The translations under genes were made by a program, and so were the position numbers. The notes under the pieces are model-generated. The model had not been told where the DNA came from and made no database searches. It saw only the letters and a list, made by a program, of their open reading frames with translations. Of a stretch of 64,000 bases of DNA, positions 49,440 to 58,172 are shown one piece after another (position 1 is the first letter of the stretch; each line of letters opens with the position of its first letter). The DNA lies in assembly GCA_046483495.1 (NCBI GenBank), contig JAWODC010000076.1, forward strand, positions 65,281-129,280, in the 5' to 3' direction. Source of the DNA: Desulfobacterales bacterium (GTDB lineage: Bacteria; Desulfobacterota; Desulfobacteria; Desulfobacterales; UBA5616).

Positions 49440-49709
49440 ATGGCTCAGAATTTTAAAATTGATCTTCAAAAACAGGGAAGCGATATTCTAATCAAGCTGA
49501 AAGGCGATTTCGACGGCTCATCCGCTCTGGAACTCTGCCATGTCCTGGAACAGCATATCGAAAAAAACAACCAAATCATAATCCATACCAGCGGCCTCTC
49601 AGAAGTTTATCCATTTGGGCTGACGATCTTCAGCAGGAGGTATTCACCCAAGAAACGCGGCTCCAGGTTGAGTTTTACCGGCAGCCACAAGACAATGCTT
49701 CAAGTTTGA
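49440..49709 (+). CDS. Small STAS-like (anti-sigma antagonist-type) protein
   Basis: IKLKGDFDGSSA..L and IHTSGLSEVYPFG pattern. Confidence 0.65.
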   Translation: MAQNFKIDLQKQGSDILIKLKGDFDGSSALELCHVLEQHIEKNNQIIIHTSGLSEVYPFGLTIFSRRYSPKKRGSRLSFTGSHKTMLQV

Positions 49710-49787
49710 TGTTTGCATCACAGGCCCCCAATGGGACCGTGTGAACGTTAAAACAGCCGGGTTCCGATACGTTAAAAAAACCGGACG

Positions 49788-49824
49788 AAAAAAAGCCGAT
49801 TTCCTTTTTTCCGGAAATCGGCTT
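49788..49824 (-). terminator. Intrinsic terminator downstream of tRNA-Ser
   Basis: Plus strand AAGCCGATTTCC-loop-GGAAATCGGCTT; on the minus strand the stem is followed by a T-run. Confidence 0.8.
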
Positions 49825-49834
49825 AGTCTACTGA

Positions 49835-49927
49835 TGGCGGAGAGAGAGGGATTCGAACCCTCGGTAGGATTGGTTACCTACACTCGCTTAGCAGGCGAGC
49901 GCCTTCAGCCGACTCGGCCATCTCTCC
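49835..49927 (-). tRNA. tRNA-Ser (GCT)
   Basis: GGAGAGATGGCCGAGTCGGCTGAAGGCGCTCGCCTGCTAAGCGAG..GGGTTCGAATCCCTCTCTCTCCGCCA; anticodon GCT, long variable arm, encoded CCA. Confidence 0.97.
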
Positions 49928-50063
49928 AGATTTGCAAAAATCTATAGGATTAAATGTCAATCTTTTTGCCGGTTGTCAAGGATTTCCTCGTCACGACGGA
50001 TAGGAGGCTCCCTAAGGCATCAATACGAAACGGAATCGTCCGGTTTGACAGATGGAAAACACA

Positions 50064-50387
50064 TCAAGCTTGATTGCGGAAACATATGATCGACAATACC
50101 TCGTTACTGTTGTTTGTAACCTGATGAAGCTCATCGGCCTGAAATTCGATAAACGTGTTTGGCTCAATTTCTTTTCGCTTTCCATCCAAATTGACAGTTC
50201 CTTCACCGCTCATAACAATTATGCGCTCTTTGTCACTATGCCGGTGTTCAGGAGTGTACCCTCCGGGTTCGAGATCGATCCATACCGAATTTTCAGACAA
50301 AAACTTCACCTTCATTTTTTCCGCCCCTTCCAAACCCAGAGCGACAGCATCGATACTTTCAATATCAGGACAATGTACATGTTTCAT
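50064..50387 (-). CDS. Cupin domain protein
   Basis: PGGYTPEHRHSDKE..GEG..DELHQV cupin motifs. Start at MKHVH after a GAGG RBS. Confidence 0.88.
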   Translation of the reverse strand: MKHVHCPDIESIDAVALGLEGAEKMKVKFLSENSVWIDLEPGGYTPEHRHSDKERIIVMSGEGTVNLDGKRKEIEPNTFIEFQADELHQVTNNSNEVLSIICFRNQA

Positions 50388-50448
50388 CTCTTTCCTCTCT
50401 GTCAATAAAATATGTAAGCAGGTAGGGTGAGGCGACGTTCTCAACGTT

Positions 50449-51585
50449 TCAATCATAAGAGGGAACGGGCTTTGCCTGATTCAAGTATTTTCTGATTCGC
50501 TCCACATTTTTGACCTTCTTTATCCTTGCCATATTTTGGTCCACGATCTGTGCACCCTGTTCCGCTGATTCGTCCGGCTCCGCCGGGGCCAACCACCCGT
50601 CAGCAACAGCACGGTTGATCAGATCTTCACCTTTTTCGGTTCTGCAGGTTACATGCACGCCGCCGAAAGAGACATCGGCGTATTCGGAGGCATAATCCGT
50701 ACAGAATCTGCACCGATTCCAACGCGGATAACGGCCGAGGATTTCGAAAAGATGCATAATATTGAATTGTTTTACCTTTTTTTCTCCGTTTGTCAGATCG
50801 ACATCGAATGAAATATCAAATTCCTTTGACACCCTTCTGAAATCCACAGCAGCGATGTCCATGGGAGAAACCCCGTTGATATCGGCGATATAGGCAAGAA
50901 AATCCTCCCGGCTGACCATGGGGGCGCCGCAATACAGGCCAAAGGCATATTTTACCTTTTTTACCAGATCGGTGCAGGGTCCGCCCACATGGGCCAATTT
51001 TCTCAATCCTTGTATGTGGCACCCCAAACCCACTACGGCAATCGAGGTGATATCCGTTCTGTCCGCAGCCTCGGCAAGCGCCATGAGGTTGGGGCTGAAT
51101 ACGTATTTGCTGCCGGCCCCTTTGATCACATCATCACGGGTTTTGGCAATCATCGGCCATGACACCCATGGATATGGAGAAGCCGATCCCCACTGAGATA
51201 CGATTGCGGCGTCGATCTCGTTGATTTCCAGCAGGTAGGCGAGCACCGCCGTTAACTTTCCCCCCGTGTAGCCCTTTTCCCGTATTTCGTTGTTTGTGCC
51301 GACAAGGTTTCGGTCCGAGATGTAGATACCCAGACCCTTTTTCTCCTCATCATTTGTTTTTTCCCGTCCGAAAACCTGAAGGTCCAGGTTTTTCAGCGGC
51401 GCGCCGAGTCCCGGACACGCTTCGATGCATTGCCCGCAGGCCGTACACTCCCCGTCAAGTGCCGGTCCGTTTTCTTTAAATGCAATGCATCCGGTTGAAC
51501 AAACCGCAATGCATTGCCCACAATAAATGCATAATTGTGTGTCGATAACGTTTTCCTTCAATCGGTCGAATGACCACTCCTGCAT
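50449..51585 (-). CDS. FrhB/FdhB-family (F420-hydrogenase beta-like) flavo-Fe-S protein with N-terminal 2x[4Fe-4S]
   Basis: CIYCGQCIAVC, CTACGQCIEACP, TGGKLTA, AGSKY, VGLGCHI, GLYC and CRFCTD..ADVSFG motifs. Confidence 0.88.
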   Translation of the reverse strand: MQEWSFDRLKENVIDTQLCIYCGQCIAVCSTGCIAFKENGPALDGECTACGQCIEACPGLGAPLKNLDLQVFGREKTNDEEKKGLGIYISDRNLVGTNNEIREKGYTGGKLTAVLAYLLEINEIDAAIVSQWGSASPYPWVSWPMIAKTRDDVIKGAGSKYVFSPNLMALAEAADRTDITSIAVVGLGCHIQGLRKLAHVGGPCTDLVKKVKYAFGLYCGAPMVSREDFLAYIADINGVSPMDIAAVDFRRVSKEFDISFDVDLTNGEKKVKQFNIMHLFEILGRYPRWNRCRFCTDYASEYADVSFGGVHVTCRTEKGEDLINRAVADGWLAPAEPDESAEQGAQIVDQNMARIKKVKNVERIRKYLNQAKPVPSYD

Positions 51586-51803
51586 ATGTATCTCCCTTCT
51601 TTCAAAACCTGTATTCGGTATCATCCACAAAAGATTTTTTTTGAGACAGATTGTAACTGCCGAAGCTGCACTTCACATATACCAAAAGTGTGCTATTGTC
51701 ATGGGGCTGAACGAATAATTGATTTATCCGATTTTCTAAATCCAATTTTACGTCCGAGTCTTCCATGCTTCAATACAGCATATATCCATTGGAACAAAGA
51801 CGG

Positions 51804-52547
51804 CTATGGAATAGGCGGGTTGTCTTTTAAAAAGTCGACATCCGGCTTGCATCTTAAGAAATTGCTGACGGATTCCAAAAACGGCGGTTCTTTTTTCCAG
51901 GATGGTGGTGTATAATCCGGCGGAGATTCAATAACTGCCTTGCGCCAGGCATCATAATTTTCATACCACATTTCTTCCACCCGATGCCATGGAGAATCAG
52001 TGGAAATTCCATCAGGAGGATTATCCAAAAGACGATGGCTCACGTATCTTAGCAGACCGGGCTGTTGGCCGGCTTCTTTAGAGTGAACATCCAGATACCA
52101 TCTTTCTACTTCTTCAGCATGTACTTCATCGGGATATTTAAGAAGACGGAACCAGCGAAATATCGTAGTTTCCTCAGGTGACGGTTCTTTGCCAAGAAAA
52201 TCATCTGTGGGCATGGCAGGAACGATGGTTATGCCCGGCATAACGCTAAAAGGGTCTGTGGCTACTGCCTCTAAAAGCCACGGTTCAAATGTATATGGTC
52301 TATAGCCGGCTTTAGCCTCTGTGAAATCCTCCACATTGGAATACCATAATTCGGTCATACGACCGCCTACTACACCAAGAGCCCGGGCTTCGGGTGGTGG
52401 TGGATATGCCTTGAAAGACTCATATCGTTTCAACCAAGGTCCACAAAAACGTACAACTTCCTTGCAATGATATCTAAAGTACCATCTTTCTGTAAGTATT
52501 TCATCAACGCCATGGCCGATTCCAACAAAAACATGTTTGATCATCAT
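51804..52547 (-). CDS. Tandem EthD-like (dimeric alpha/beta barrel) protein
   Basis: Internal duplication: ERWYFRYHCKE..RYES..ELWY versus ERWYLDVHSKE..PGLLRYVS..EMWY. Confidence 0.65.
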   Translation of the reverse strand: MMIKHVFVGIGHGVDEILTERWYFRYHCKEVVRFCGPWLKRYESFKAYPPPPEARALGVVGGRMTELWYSNVEDFTEAKAGYRPYTFEPWLLEAVATDPFSVMPGITIVPAMPTDDFLGKEPSPEETTIFRWFRLLKYPDEVHAEEVERWYLDVHSKEAGQQPGLLRYVSHRLLDNPPDGISTDSPWHRVEEMWYENYDAWRKAVIESPPDYTPPSWKKEPPFLESVSNFLRCKPDVDFLKDNPPIP

Positions 52548-52610
52548 AGCTACCCCCTTTCATTTGAAAAGATAAATTCCGTCAATCTTCAGGCTGCGCC
52601 CAGTATTCCA

Positions 52611-53282
52611 TCATGACCTTCTATAGGGGCATTGTTTTTTAGAACATAACAGGCACTGATTTTTTACCGGAACACTCTCTGCCGACATCATGATGCAGGA
52701 GATGCTTTTTTTCGGGATCATCATTTTATGCGGTGTCAATCTTACGTTGATCTTCTTGGCGTCGAGTCCCGAAAAGATGACCTGCTGCCCTTTCAATGGC
52801 CAATCACAATAACCCGGACTGAATCTTAGGCTGAGCTCCAGCTGCTGTTGTTCGGCTATTTCTTTTATTCGGTTTTCAACTTCATCCGCCACAATTTCCA
52901 TCAGTTCGGACCCGGTCACATCATAGATCCATTGGGATAAAATATCATGCTTCGAACATAAACCTTTCTCGAGTTCATCACCGATGGTGGCGATCATGAA
53001 AATGATCTGCCGGTTATTTTTGCATCTATTTACCAGTGAAGCGAACATGCGGCTTTCGATGGCACCGGCAGAGGTCATCACCTTTTTTTCATCAGACGTC
53101 AACAGGGGAAGCATTCGATAAACGGCCTGCGGCTTCACTTTTGTTTCAACGATTTCCAATACTGCTTGAATAGGCTTTGCCATATTTTCCAAAACCCGCC
53201 GGTTGTCTGGAGTCCGGCATGTTTCATGGATTCGATCCTTCAGCAGGTTCACCATTTCTTTCGTCACCGTAATTTCCATCAA
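52611..53282 (-). CDS. Stand-alone MetH activation-domain protein (corrinoid reactivation)
   Basis: ATIG, RFSPGYCDWPL..Q, MIPKKSIS and C-terminal CLLC...CPYR motifs. Confidence 0.88.
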   Translation of the reverse strand: MMEITVTKEMVNLLKDRIHETCRTPDNRRVLENMAKPIQAVLEIVETKVKPQAVYRMLPLLTSDEKKVMTSAGAIESRMFASLVNRCKNNRQIIFMIATIGDELEKGLCSKHDILSQWIYDVTGSELMEIVADEVENRIKEIAEQQQLELSLRFSPGYCDWPLKGQQVIFSGLDAKKINVRLTPHKMMIPKKSISCIMMSAESVPVKNQCLLCSKKQCPYRRS

Positions 53283-53941
53283 GGCAATCTCCGCAAGTTC
53301 CCACGTGATCCAAGCACCTTATGGGTTTCTTCAATAACGGTTACAGCGGATTCTGCATACCCATCGGCACCGTAGTCTTTCGCCAGCCTTTCATCCAGCG
53401 GGGCACCCCCCACCATAACGAGGGTTTTCGGAGCCATTTTTTTCGCCTCTTCGATAATGTCCGGCATCGATGACATGGTGGTGGACATCATCGCCGAAAG
53501 GGCCAGTATGTCCGGCCTTTCTTCCTTGATTCTTTTTATGAACTCCTCTTTGGGAACATGCGCCCCAAGATCCGTCACCCGGTAACCGTAGCTTTCATAA
53601 ATAAGCGATATGATATTTTTCCCCAGATCGTGGGGATCTCCTTCCACAACACCGATAACAACCGTCACCGGTTCCGTTTCTCCGGTAGTGTCTGTCATTT
53701 CTTTCTTCAGGCGCTTCAAACCGTCAGCAGTCAAATCGAGACTGATCAAGAGTTCGGGAAGAGAGGATTCATTGGACAGCAATTTTTTTCGAACCCGATC
53801 CAATCCGTTGATCAGGCTTTGTTCAATATGGGAATGATCCGTTTTGTTATTCAGGGCATTGCCCATGGCCGCGTCAAAACCGTTTACATCCTGTCCAAAA
53901 ACGGCGCTTTCAAGCTTTTCCAGTATTTTCGTGTTTTCCAT
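53279..53941 (-). CDS. Corrinoid (cobalamin-binding) protein, MtaC/MttC-like
   Basis: GDPHDLGKNI (DxHxxG), DLG..VP, LSAMM, MVGGAP and GADGYA motifs. Confidence 0.92.
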   Translation of the reverse strand: MENTKILEKLESAVFGQDVNGFDAAMGNALNNKTDHSHIEQSLINGLDRVRKKLLSNESSLPELLISLDLTADGLKRLKKEMTDTTGETEPVTVVIGVVEGDPHDLGKNIISLIYESYGYRVTDLGAHVPKEEFIKRIKEERPDILALSAMMSTTMSSMPDIIEEAKKMAPKTLVMVGGAPLDERLAKDYGADGYAESAVTVIEETHKVLGSRGNLRRLP

Positions 53942-53997
53942 CACCACACCCCTTAAAAAAACCTTAATCAAAGTAAGAAAAAGTTATGAAAATTATT

Positions 53998-55023
53998 TTA
54001 TACCTGATATTCCCGGGCCGCTTCGATGATAGCCCAGGCATTTTCAAAAGGCCCGTTGGGAGGAAATTCACATCCCGGCGCCAATACGAAATTACCCCCG
54101 GGCGCCAGATCCTCGATTATCGACCGGCAGTGGGCTTTGACCGCTTCCGGGGTCCCCCAGCTTAATATCGGCGTGCTGATGTTTCCCACCAGAACCACCT
54201 GGGACCCGTATTTTTCTTTCAACGCCTTTCGATCTTTGCAGTCGTCGGGCAGTTCGGCAAAGGAAATGGCCATGGGTTCCATAAATGTGATTTGGGAATC
54301 AAAATAAGGCCCGTCCCCGCAATTATGGATAAAGACGATGCGCTGCTTTTTACGGATGGCGCCGGCCAATTCCCGGACAAAAGGCCCTTCGATTTTCTCC
54401 CACGTTTTTCGGCTTACCCCGCTCCAGGAGGCCAGCAGGGTATCCAATGCCACGCTCATCAACCCGGCATCCGCCAGAGCCTCCACATAGGCCACCAGGA
54501 CTTCCGTCACAATCTCCATCCCTGCCATGACTTCCCTTGGATATAAAAAACAGTCCCGCAAAAAATGCCGGGCACCCCTCATCATGTTGAGTACGGCCAT
54601 GGGCCCTAAACACAGGCTTGTGATGGATCCCCCTTCAAACCGCTTGCTGTTGACCACCAGTCGAATGGTTTCCAGAACGCCCTGCATCCGTTTTGCATTT
54701 TTAATATCGATCTTTCTAAGCTTTCGATAGTCGGACACGTCTTTAATCAAGGGGTCGGAATAATCCGGATGCGGTGTGGACTCCTCCGGATAAATCATTT
54801 TCTGACCGAAATCAGCCGCCTCGATGGACAGATCCGTCCATGCCAGAATAGAACCGCCGAATTTTTCATAGGAGCATAGATAAGATTCTGCGGTTGCGGC
54901 AGGATTGGTGGCGAATTCGCGATAGGTCACACCGGCCAGCCTTCGGGCTGCGCCGCAAAGGACCAGACCGTAGGGAATCGACGCTGAATTGAATAATTCA
55001 ATGGATGATAATGCATCACTCAT
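53998..55023 (-). CDS. UroD/MtaA-family methylcobamide:thiol-type methyltransferase
   Basis: DLSIEAADFG, HNCG (HxC Zn ligands), GNIS and LAPGCE motifs. Confidence 0.88.
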   Translation of the reverse strand: MSDALSSIELFNSASIPYGLVLCGAARRLAGVTYREFATNPAATAESYLCSYEKFGGSILAWTDLSIEAADFGQKMIYPEESTPHPDYSDPLIKDVSDYRKLRKIDIKNAKRMQGVLETIRLVVNSKRFEGGSITSLCLGPMAVLNMMRGARHFLRDCFLYPREVMAGMEIVTEVLVAYVEALADAGLMSVALDTLLASWSGVSRKTWEKIEGPFVRELAGAIRKKQRIVFIHNCGDGPYFDSQITFMEPMAISFAELPDDCKDRKALKEKYGSQVVLVGNISTPILSWGTPEAVKAHCRSIIEDLAPGGNFVLAPGCEFPPNGPFENAWAIIEAAREYQV

Positions 55024-55131
55024 GGGGCCACCTCAAAAAAGGGTTTAAACGCGTTTACGAATGTTTTAAATATTAACAAACATCTTTATTTTTGTCCCGA
55101 CTTTGTTCAAAAACCAAAAAAGGAACGCGCA

Positions 55132-55827
55132 ATGCAAAAGAACCGCAAAATTTCGAGGCGCAGCTTCCTGGCCGCAGCAGGAGGCACCCTTGTGAGCATT
55201 GGATTGCCCGGAACATACATCAGGCTTGCGGACGCGGAGCAGCGGAGGCTCAAAGACTCTTTCAGGCCCGATGGCCGACCACGTGTTCCCCCCGGCCAGG
55301 TTGCCGTCGAACATATAAGGGATATGGGCGGAACGCCGGGAACCGATACTATCGAAAACTGGGACATGCACATTTATGGTGAAGTGAAAAATCCGATCGT
55401 GCTTTCCTATCAGGAACTGCTCGAATTGGATCAGGTTCACATCACCTGCGATGTTCACTGCGTCACCGGCTGGACGCTTCTGAATTCCGAGTGGAGCGGC
55501 GTTCGCCTGAAAACCGTCATGGATTTGGCACCCCCCCTTGAGCACGGGCGTTTTATCATTTTTGAAGCGGCCGCGGGCTACACAAGCAATATCCCCATCG
55601 GCGATATCCATGATGAAAACGTGATACTTGCGCACACGTTCTTCGGCGAGAAGCTCCCCCGAACGTACGGCGCACCTGTGCGTGCCGTGGTCCCCGATCG
55701 CTATTTTTACAAGAGTGCCAAGTGGCTTGAAGCCGTCAAAGTCACCTCCCGAAATGAACCCGGATTCTGGGAAAGGCGAGGTTACAGCAACTCCGCCGAC
55801 CCCTGGAAAGAAGAACGTTACCAGTAG
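55132..55827 (+). CDS. Tat-exported sulfite-oxidase-family molybdoenzyme (MsrP/YedY-like)
   Basis: Twin-Arg SRRSFL, PPGQ, DVHCVTGW, GAPVRAVVP..YKSAKW and GFWERRGY motifs. Confidence 0.88.
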   Translation: MQKNRKISRRSFLAAAGGTLVSIGLPGTYIRLADAEQRRLKDSFRPDGRPRVPPGQVAVEHIRDMGGTPGTDTIENWDMHIYGEVKNPIVLSYQELLELDQVHITCDVHCVTGWTLLNSEWSGVRLKTVMDLAPPLEHGRFIIFEAAAGYTSNIPIGDIHDENVILAHTFFGEKLPRTYGAPVRAVVPDRYFYKSAKWLEAVKVTSRNEPGFWERRGYSNSADPWKEERYQ

Positions 55828-56014
55828 TGGGTACGGGACGTACTTAACATTTAAACATTTGATACAGTATCAAAATCAGACCCTTCGCGGTTATTCTTGA
55901 TCTTTCATTGCGCGTTTTCCCTTATGAACGCATGATTGAGCGCACCGGATGCATCTATTCGCGATTGACGCGGCATAAAAAATTCGCATCAAAGAACGAG
56001 TGAAGTGTAAATGT

Positions 56015-56779
56015 TTAAATGTTGAGTTCGTCCCTTTTTCTCGCGATATATACGCCATAGCTGTAATAGGCTTTAAATTTCTTGTACAGGGCTATTTCTT
56101 TTTTCTCCGCCTCGACGATTTCATGTGCTTTTTCACTATGAGAATGCCTGTCGAGAAAATCTGAAAAAGTACGTTGCATTGGCACGTAGTAATTGTCCAG
56201 CCAGCATCTCTCAGGCAAAATAAAATAGGCGGTTGGCGAATAGCCGCTCTTCTCTAAAATACTGGTTTTCGAGGAAGCCGTTTCTATTTCAGGATATTCA
56301 GACATCCAGTAAGTTTCAATTTCGGATGGTCGATTGTGGGTTGTCCAGGTGATTTCTGAAACAACCAGTAACCCACCGGGCTTCAAGAATGGGCGCAAAT
56401 AGGTTATTCCCTTTTCGAATCCTATATTGTAGACAGCTCCCTCGGACCATATGACATCGAGTTCCCCTTCGCTGAACCGGAGGTCGTCCATCGAGCAAAC
56501 CATGGGTTTGATCTTCCCACCCAGTTCTTCGTTTTCGGCATTCCGTTTGAGAACTTCGATAAATTCGGATAGGAAATCGACAGCAGTAATAGAGGCATTG
56601 AGCGAACGGGCAAGATACATCGTGGAAGCGCCGGTTCCACATCCCAAATCAGCGATTTTCAAAGGCGCAGCCTTGTCTATCAAAGCTAAATCAATAGCCA
56701 TTTGGGTCTCGATGTCGCCTCCGGGGCCCTGACGTTTTAATCGCTTATGCAGATCAACTAAAAGTCGATAATCATCCAT
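56015..56779 (-). CDS. Class I SAM-dependent methyltransferase
   Basis: ADLGCGTG, DVIWSEGAVYNIGF and LKPGG motifs. Confidence 0.92.
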   Translation of the reverse strand: MDDYRLLVDLHKRLKRQGPGGDIETQMAIDLALIDKAAPLKIADLGCGTGASTMYLARSLNASITAVDFLSEFIEVLKRNAENEELGGKIKPMVCSMDDLRFSEGELDVIWSEGAVYNIGFEKGITYLRPFLKPGGLLVVSEITWTTHNRPSEIETYWMSEYPEIETASSKTSILEKSGYSPTAYFILPERCWLDNYYVPMQRTFSDFLDRHSHSEKAHEIVEAEKKEIALYKKFKAYYSYGVYIARKRDELNI

Positions 56780-56898
56780 TCCGAATTTCTATACAGGCCA
56801 TAACGGCCTCTTGAACGTGCATGGGTTTTTTGCGACAAGGTCACTATCCTATTTAATTATATTAATGATATTTTGCAATAATTCAAAGAAATTTATTA

Positions 56899-57714
56899 TC
56901 AGGTTATGGGGGGCTTGGAGTAATGTTGTCTATGTGTAATTTCAGTACCTGATGCTGTAACGACCTTGATGTCTGTGGCTTTGTAAAAAATACCCGAATC
57001 CAGATGAGGTTGAATATTCGCCTTAATCACTTTCATTTTAAGGTCATTAGTTGCATCTTCTATTTTGGATTTGGTGAGATCCGAAAAATCCAGCTCTATC
57101 TTCCAGTTTGACCAGGAGGCAATCGATTCATTATCCAACGCCACCCATGTTGTAGCGATTTCTTCAGCGCCTATTAAAACGGATCGGATTTCCACTTTTC
57201 CGGAAGCCTTTTCGAGGTTGGAACCCTTTACAATGCCATGCTCCAGAATATCATTTCCATTCCAATTAAGATCAGCAAAATACAATTCCGGTTTACCTGA
57301 GGTGATTTCGTTTATCGCGGCCATCAAATTTTCGGTGTTTCGTGTGGCTGTTTCCACATCGCTTTTGGTTGTTGTCAGGCTTGCTTGAATGGCTTCCATC
57401 CGGGTGAGCATGTCGCCGTATTCTTTCTCAACATCCTTCAGATAGTTAAAATTCGAATTTTTGTATTCCAATTCGAGAAGTTTATCCCTTAATTGTTCGC
57501 GCAAATAGTTTGTATCTTTTTCGATCCCTGCATTAACGTGAGATGATACCCTGTTGGATATGTGATCGATCAGGACCGAAACTCCCAGAAATCCCAGCAA
57601 GATGAAACCCGCCAGCAGCGGCAACATAACGATTTTGGCTCTGTCTAAAAGACGTTTTTCTACCTTTTCGGCCAGCCTGTACTCCTCTAATTCCAGTCTT
57701 TCCAGCTCTTCCAT
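56899..57714 (-). CDS. Single-TM membrane protein with coiled coil and possible IPT/TIG-like domain
   Basis: AAGGAGG RBS before MEELE, TM IVMLPLL..GVSVLI, a heptad-rich region, then VKGSNL..GKV..SWSNWKI. Confidence 0.7.
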   Translation of the reverse strand: MEELERLELEEYRLAEKVEKRLLDRAKIVMLPLLAGFILLGFLGVSVLIDHISNRVSSHVNAGIEKDTNYLREQLRDKLLELEYKNSNFNYLKDVEKEYGDMLTRMEAIQASLTTTKSDVETATRNTENLMAAINEITSGKPELYFADLNWNGNDILEHGIVKGSNLEKASGKVEIRSVLIGAEEIATTWVALDNESIASWSNWKIELDFSDLTKSKIEDATNDLKMKVIKANIQPHLDSGIFYKATDIKVVTASGTEITHRQHYSKPPIT

Positions 57715-57744
57715 GATAACCTCCTTTTTTTTACGGTTTTCCTG

Positions 57745-57782
57745 AAAAACAAAAAGCCTTTGGGCAAAAATCCCCAAAGGCT
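57745..57782 (-). terminator. Riboswitch expression-platform terminator
   Basis: Minus strand AGCCTTTGGG-loop-CCCAAAGGCT followed by TTTTGTTTTT. Confidence 0.85.
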
Positions 57783-57794
57783 GAAACAAAGTGG

Positions 57795-57880
57795 TTTCGG
57801 CGGCCCGGCTGTCATGGCTGTTCAAGCTTTAGACCCGTGGCTTTGCGTCCCCGCCTTTCAACGGATTTGCCCTTTCGATT
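57795..57880 (-). ncRNA. Cyclic di-GMP-I (GEMM) riboswitch
   Basis: Minus strand GGGCAAATCCGTTGAAAGGCGGGGACGCAAAGCCACGGGTCTAA..ATGACAGCCGGGCCGCCGAA matches the GEMM-I consensus. Confidence 0.93.
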
Positions 57881-57947
57881 TCTAATAATTATTATTATCA
57901 ATAATAAATAATGATAATATTGTCAATAATTATGACTCTCCCTATGC

Positions 57948-57997
57948 AATGTCTACCCGGAAATGGCTGATTCACTCCATTTCCGGATGGGCACTTA
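57948..57997. repeat. Internally deleted structured repeat, copy E
   Basis: AATGTCTACCCGGAAATGGCTGATTCACTCCATTTCCGGATGGGCACTTA corresponds to the reverse complement of the right end of copies B/D joined to the other terminus. Confidence 0.7.
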
Positions 57998-58172
57998 TCT
58001 AAAAGGCCAATGATTGCAACACATCAGAAAAAATCTTACCGAATTGCAACTTGACAGAAATATAATCCTTAGGATATTTAACACATAATACCGACTTATC
58101 TTTACCACATGCATCACCTTTACACCGCCACCATCGAATGTGTGATTTCTAAACCGATAAGGAGGAAAACAC

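Noticed and set aside
52611..55023. Pyrrolysine or selenocysteine recoding in the methyltransferase cluster
   Set aside because: All ORFs are full-length for their families with no in-frame TAG or TGA splitting a domain.
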